DNA from: Octopus vulgaris
Lineage: Eukaryota
DNA length: 64,000 bases
NCBI GenBank assembly: GCA_951406725.2
Contig: OX597827.1
Coordinates: forward strand, 30,628,001-30,692,000
Direction of reading: 5' to 3'
Shown here: positions 58,950 through 64,000 of the stretch, piece after piece
Layout: every line of letters begins with the position of its first letter
How positions within the stretch are numbered: the stretch's first letter is position 1
The notes under the pieces: generated by a model
Told to the model about the DNA's origin: nothing
Seen by the model: the letters and a program-made list of their open reading frames with translations, nothing else
The model's database searches: none
Position numbers and translations under genes: made by a program

Positions 58950-59251
58950 TATATCATTGTTAAAGAGGACAATAAACATTAAGGCAAGGCAAACATCTCA
59001 AGTCGTAGACAATGTCATTATATTTTTTCTAATTACAGAATTTTTTTCCAGTAATAATATTGTATACGACTTGAGATGTTTGCTTTGCCTCCCTAATATT
59101 TGCTGTCCTCTTTAATAATTATATAGTAATTTAAGATTAGGTACTGTATATAATACCGCTTGCTAAAATCAGAGCCATTGCTCCAAATACCACCATAAAA
59201 ATTATGATTTTAGCAAGTGGTATTCTACACTCTACCTAATCTTTAATTACT
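58950..59251. repeat. Two adjacent foldback hairpins (about 58950-59124 and 59125-59251)
   Basis: gcaaacatctcaagtcgta / tacgacttgagatgtttgc, and agtaatttaagattaggta / tacctaatctttaattact. Confidence 0.85.
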
Positions 59252-59807
59252 TTATATTGTGCATGTAAAGGCCTGAACATGCTAGCCACCTTATTACAGT
59301 AAATTACAGTAATAATACTACTTTATTTAAATTTTCTTGTTTACAAAAGTTTCTTTTTAATGGAGCGGGATGTTTAAAGTTAGGAATGCACAAGAGCTAA
59401 CGTAGTGAATATTTTAGGAATAGATGTTAAATGTTGTTTTCAACTGAAGATCACAAAGCATGTTTGTCATTCAAAGCCTGAAATCAATTGGTATTGAAAT
59501 ATGTATTACTTATCGATGCATTCAAAGCAAAGGTAAGCCTATTTCTGAAGTGTTCATTGCATTGCTCGTATGTATCTTTATCGAAATTTTCATGATGGTT
59601 CTTGGAGCAATTTATACCCTACCTAATCTTAAATTACTTTATATTGTGCCTGTAATGGTGTGAACTTGCTAGCCACCTTATTATTAATGTAAATTACAGT
59701 AATAATACTACTTTGTATATATATTTGTGTGTCTGTATATATATATATAAATATATTAATATTAATATTTCTAAGTCTCTCTAAAGGAGACTACGGTAGC
59801 GGTACTG

Positions 59808-60322
59808 GATATTAATAGTTACCGCCTGACAGGCCCCATGTCGGTGACATGTAAAAGAACCCACTACATTCTCAGAGTGGTTGGCGTTAGGAAGGGCATC
59901 CAGCTGTAGAAACTCTGCCAGATCAAGATTGGAGCCTGGTGCAGCCATCTGGTTCGCCAGTTCTCAGTCATTCGTCTAACCTGTGCTAGCATGGAAAGCG
60001 GACGTTAAACGATGATGATGATGATCGCCAAGCTAATATAGCAGTCCAGAAATATAGAATGAATGCTGCCGTTGATTAGCTCCAAGAGGCCATAGCATCT
60101 AGCTATGTGACACACGAACATTGATAAGGGGCAAATACCCTGAAACTAGTTTGCAGATGCCTGACCAGCAAGGGGAAACAGTTAACCTCCCCTATTTGAA
60201 GGTTATAATGGACACAGGTTCATGTGTCACATAGCTAGCTAGAGGCGATGGCCTCTTGGAGCTAATCAATGGCAGCATTCGTCCTATATTTCTGGACTGC
60301 CATATTAGCTTGGCGATAACTA

Positions 60323-60330
<8 letters not shown>
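59808..60330. mobile_element. Foldback element with TIRs of about 110 bp; an RTE-tail insert (59827-60025) splits the left arm
   Basis: atattaatagtt[insert]atcgccaagctaatat...tgtgacac / gtgtcacatagcta...cttggcgataactattaatat. Confidence 0.85.
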
Positions 60331-60355
<25 letters not shown>

Positions 60356-60357
<2 letters not shown>

Positions 60358-60738
60358 AAATCGAAATTGAACCAATCCTATGACTGGCACCCGGCAGATG
60401 CAGATGCCAGGATCCCTGGACTGGTGGTACGTAAAAAGCACCATCCGAATCGTGGCCGATACCAGTGCCGCCTCGACTGGCTTCCGTGCCTGTGGCACGT
60501 AATATGCACCAATCCGACCGTGGCCGTTGCCAGCCTCGCCTGGCACCTGTGCAGGTGGCACGTAAAAAGCACCCACTATACTCAGGGAGTGGTTGGCGTT
60601 AGGAAGGGCATCCAGCTGTAGAAACATTGCAAGATAAGACTGGAGCCTGGTGCAGCCTTCTGGCTTCCTAGATCCCCAGTCGAACCGTCCAACCCATGCT
60701 AGCATGGAGAACGGACGTTAAACGACGATGATGATGAT
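60356..60738 (+). mobile_element. RTE 3'UTR-derived fragment within (TA)n
   Basis: gagtggttggcgttaggaagggcatccagc...gacgttaaacgacgatgatg. Confidence 0.88.
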
Positions 60739-60750
60739 ATATATATATAT

Positions 60751-61139
60751 ACTCTTTACTCTTTTACTTGTTTCAGTTATTTGACTGTGGCCATGCTGGA
60801 GCACCAACTTTAGTTGAGCAAATCGACCCCAGGACTTATTCACTGTAAGCTTAGTACTTATTCTATTGGTCTCTTTTGCCGAACCGCTAAGTTACGGGGA
60901 TGTAAACACACCACCATTGGTTGTCAAGCGATGCTGGGGGGACAAACACAGACACACACACACACATATATATATACGACAGGCTTCTTTCAGTTTCCGT
61001 CTACCAAATCCACTCACAAGGCTTTGGTCGGCCCAAGGCTATAGTAGAAGACACTTGCCCAAGGTGCCACGCAGTGGGACTGAACCCAGAACCATGTGGT
61101 TGGTAAGCAAGCTATTTACCACACAGTCACTCCTATGCC
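60751..61139 (-). mobile_element. SINE family B, full length
   Basis: Reverse complement of the 1887 and 24261 copies. Confidence 0.9.
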
Positions 61140-61487
61140 TTATATATATATATGGTATTTTTATATAAGCTTAAAGTTTATGGCAATCACTGTGCAATGA
61201 CTAAAAAAAATAGCCTATAATGCCTCAACAGAAAAAGGAAGGCTTTCCTATCTGTGTGTGTGTGTATCAGGCTTATTTCAGTCTCTCTCAAAGAAATCCA
61301 TTCACAAAGCATTGGAGGCAAAAAGAAAAGCAAAGATTATTGTTGCCATTGTTTAGCTCCTGGTCCCCTTCCCTGGTCCAGCAATTTGATGTCTCTGGGA
61401 GTTTCCTTTCTCTATGTGCATTTTCTTTGCCTTTGTAACAGTTTATCCTGTTGCTACTACATCCGTCACTGGCCACGACACTTTCCT

Positions 61488-62742
61488 CTGATTGACCATG
61501 ATTAGCCCATATCCTACTCCAGCAGATATTCTAAAAAATCTCAGCAACTTTCCTCTTGTTGACATTAGAATGATAGATCGAGTGATTAACCCTTTCGTTA
61601 CCAAACCGCCCAAAGCCACCCGAAAAAAATTTTGGTTAATGTGACCAAACCGCCCAAACCCGCCCGTATTTACCTATTCATATTTAAATGAGAATATCAG
61701 AGCAAATCTCTTTAGTACATTCGTGAAAACATGTGATTATACTTCATAAACAGTTCATCTACAGTTTTGTACAATGATCGAAGTGTAATTTTAATTCCGT
61801 GAATTTTGGGAGATTTTTTCCGAAATTTGTTCCTATTGTGTTTTCAAAATTTGTAATTCTGACAAAAAATGGATACGAATTTCATTATATCAAGCAGCGA
61901 GTCAGAATTCGAAGGATTTTCTACTGAAGACCTTGATAAATCCAACTCTATGACTGAAATAAAAGCACAAGGTATTTGATAATGAATCCGATGTTTCATT
62001 TTCCGAAAGTGAAAACAGTGAATCCGAGAGCTCTGACAGCGATAAAGAAAATGAATTGGCACCTGAATGGAGTGAAAATTTAAAAACTGTTTCTTTCGGT
62101 GATTTTTCTGAAGAAACTGGACCAAGCCACAGTCTTTCCCAGGAGAGTAAAGCCTTAGACTATTTCTATTTACTTTTTCGAATGAGCCTATTTGAAATCA
62201 TTACGGCGGAAACGAACCATTACGCTAAATGTAAACAAAGCGAAAGAAAGGATAGTTTGAAATTAAGGCCTATTTTGCCATAAATATTATTATGGGTATC
62301 AGAAAGTTACCCAGAATAACAAATTCTATAGTAAAATTTTGTTGCATACCCAATTGAATATTAGCTAATAACCCATTTTCTATAGCGATGTTTGAACAAA
62401 AATTTTAATAATTTTATATTTTGTTGAATTTACCTGTATCTACCTGCAATTAGAGTCACTTTGTGACAAAAATTATAGTATAGAATTAGTTGAGAACATT
62501 TCATTAAATTATCTTCAAAAAATCATTTTAATATATTGATAAATAAAAAAGTTATAGTTGTTTAATGAAACCAGACTAAATTTATGATTATGTTAGAAAT
62601 TAATTGAAACACATAAGGGGTATATTTTGGTCAGAAATATAGTAACGAAAGGGTTAAGGACATGAAGGTAGAGAAAGCAGCTGAGATTTTTAAAATATCT
62701 GCTGGAGTAGGATATGGGCCAATCATTTGAATGGTCAATCAG
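61488..62742. mobile_element. Palindromic MITE (arms about 65 bp, 7-bp TSD ctttcct) split by a piggyBac insertion
   Basis: cccatatcctactccagcagatatt / aatatctgctggagtaggatatggg. Direct repeat at 61481-61487 and 62743-62749. Confidence 0.85.
61590..62653 (+). mobile_element. Internally deleted piggyBac transposon
   Basis: TTAA|ccctttcgttac...gtaacgaaaggg|TTAA. Acidic N-terminus plus ALDYFYLLF...ITAETNHYA and IIMGIRKLP transposase remnants. Confidence 0.92.
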
Positions 62743-63361
62743 CTTTCCTCTCTATGATAACCCTCTATCTCCTCCTCCTCCTCCTTTTCATCAACTGATT
62801 CAACTGGTGTTTCTCTGAATCTCTGACTGTTTCAGAGCTCTTTAAGCTTCCTTAGCTTCCTTCACCAAACTGGTTTGTGCACAATCCGCTTTCTCCAAAC
62901 AGTGCAAAATTCCATATTTTTTCAGGCAAAATTTATCTTGGAATACATAATGCAGTATGTCCTCCTCTTAAGACAGCAAGAATAGTTTGAGGGATATTTG
63001 TCCTGTAAAAGGTAATTTGGTGTGTATTGTAATGGAAAGAAGTAGATATATGTATGTAATACATATATCTGAATGTCCAAGAGTTTAACCAGTGGGGTCT
63101 AAGAGTTTGACCAGTGGGGGTCCACCTAAGATTTTCTTATTAAAATTTATCTGCAATAATCTTGTTATACTTCTATACAATACACAAAATATTTTAACAA
63201 TTTCTCTATAGAATTTCTAATAATATTTAATCATAAAAATATTCTTTTATTCATTTTAGCCACGTATCTGCAGTTCATACAGGAGCACCACCGGACTTTT
63301 TAAACATTGAATGGCTATGAGGGCACATCCATGTAAAATAGCAATTACCTTTGCTCCCACT

Positions 63362-63560
63362 GTCATCATCATCATCATCATCATCATCTTCAACATTTTA
63401 TGTCCATAAATTGACAGACTGATACAACATCTCATCATGGGTTTTAGCATTTTGTTAGTATTCCTGCTGTGAGGTTTAGCAATTTGAAACCACATCCCTG
63501 CCTGCCAGTTTTCCTTGGTTTCCCTCTTCCCTGAATACTCTTTATAACTGCATGCAGTCC
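63362..63560 (-). mobile_element. Old RTE 3' remnant
   Basis: (cat)n tail and a decayed GRGKPRKT-like sequence. Confidence 0.5.
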
Positions 63561-63568
63561 TTTTGCAG

Positions 63569-63798
63569 CAGTGGTTCTTAACTATTTTTTCCAATGGGCC
63601 CCTTTGATTCCTGTTTTACACAAATGCACCCTTCTAATCATTCTATGTTTTAAAAATCCTAGAGTATTTTTATAATTAAGCATAATTAGGAATTGTATAC
63701 AAAAAAATTGTTAAAATAGTTTGTGAATTGTAGAAGCATAAAAGCAGAATCTTTTACGGACCCCCAAGGGCCATATGGATCCTGGCTGAGAACCACTG
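63569..63798. mobile_element. hAT (Charlie-like) MITE
   Basis: TIRs cagtggttctta / tgagaaccactg. Imperfect 8-bp TSD ttttgcag / tttttaag. Confidence 0.75.
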
Positions 63799-64000
63799 TT
63801 TTTAAGCCACCATTCATTAGTCATTTGCATCATAAGTCCACACAAGTGCTATTGTCTCTCTAAGACACTTTGATTGTTGAATTTTCAGTGCCAAGACTTT
63901 ACAGTTTTGAAATAATATATAACTATAGAGAAATTTGTCAGTAAATGATGTCAGAAATGGGAGTTAATCAGAAGTCATACAATCTCATAAGAAATTTGAG

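Noticed and set aside
62770-62930. Further upstream E93 exon
   Set aside because: No convincing open frame with matching splice sites found by eye.

Overview
AT-rich, repeat-dense animal genomic DNA. The SINE families, huge (TA)n arrays and polyN/polyQ protein suggest an octopus/cephalopod (inference). One host gene is supported: two 3' coding exons (minus strand, 56497-56290 and 52917-50706) of an E93/Mblk-1/LCoR-type pipsqueak HTH transcription factor with a PLDLS CtBP motif. The first 15.5 kb is a retroelement nest. A long TA/TG array holds several CR1/L2-group LINE pieces and is followed by two head-to-tail, diverged gag/ORF1-like units with a CCHC knuckle. The complete unit has no reverse transcriptase and shares its 3' tail with a SINE family; this is the most unusual feature. 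The rest holds several SINE families, RTE and R4/Dong LINE ends, Penelope-type hammerhead motifs, piggyBac/mariner/hAT/Helitron-type MITEs and foldbacks. There is a 100-N gap at 11253-11352. Most ORFs in the track are microsatellite artefacts. All alignments were made by eye and repeat boundaries are approximate.
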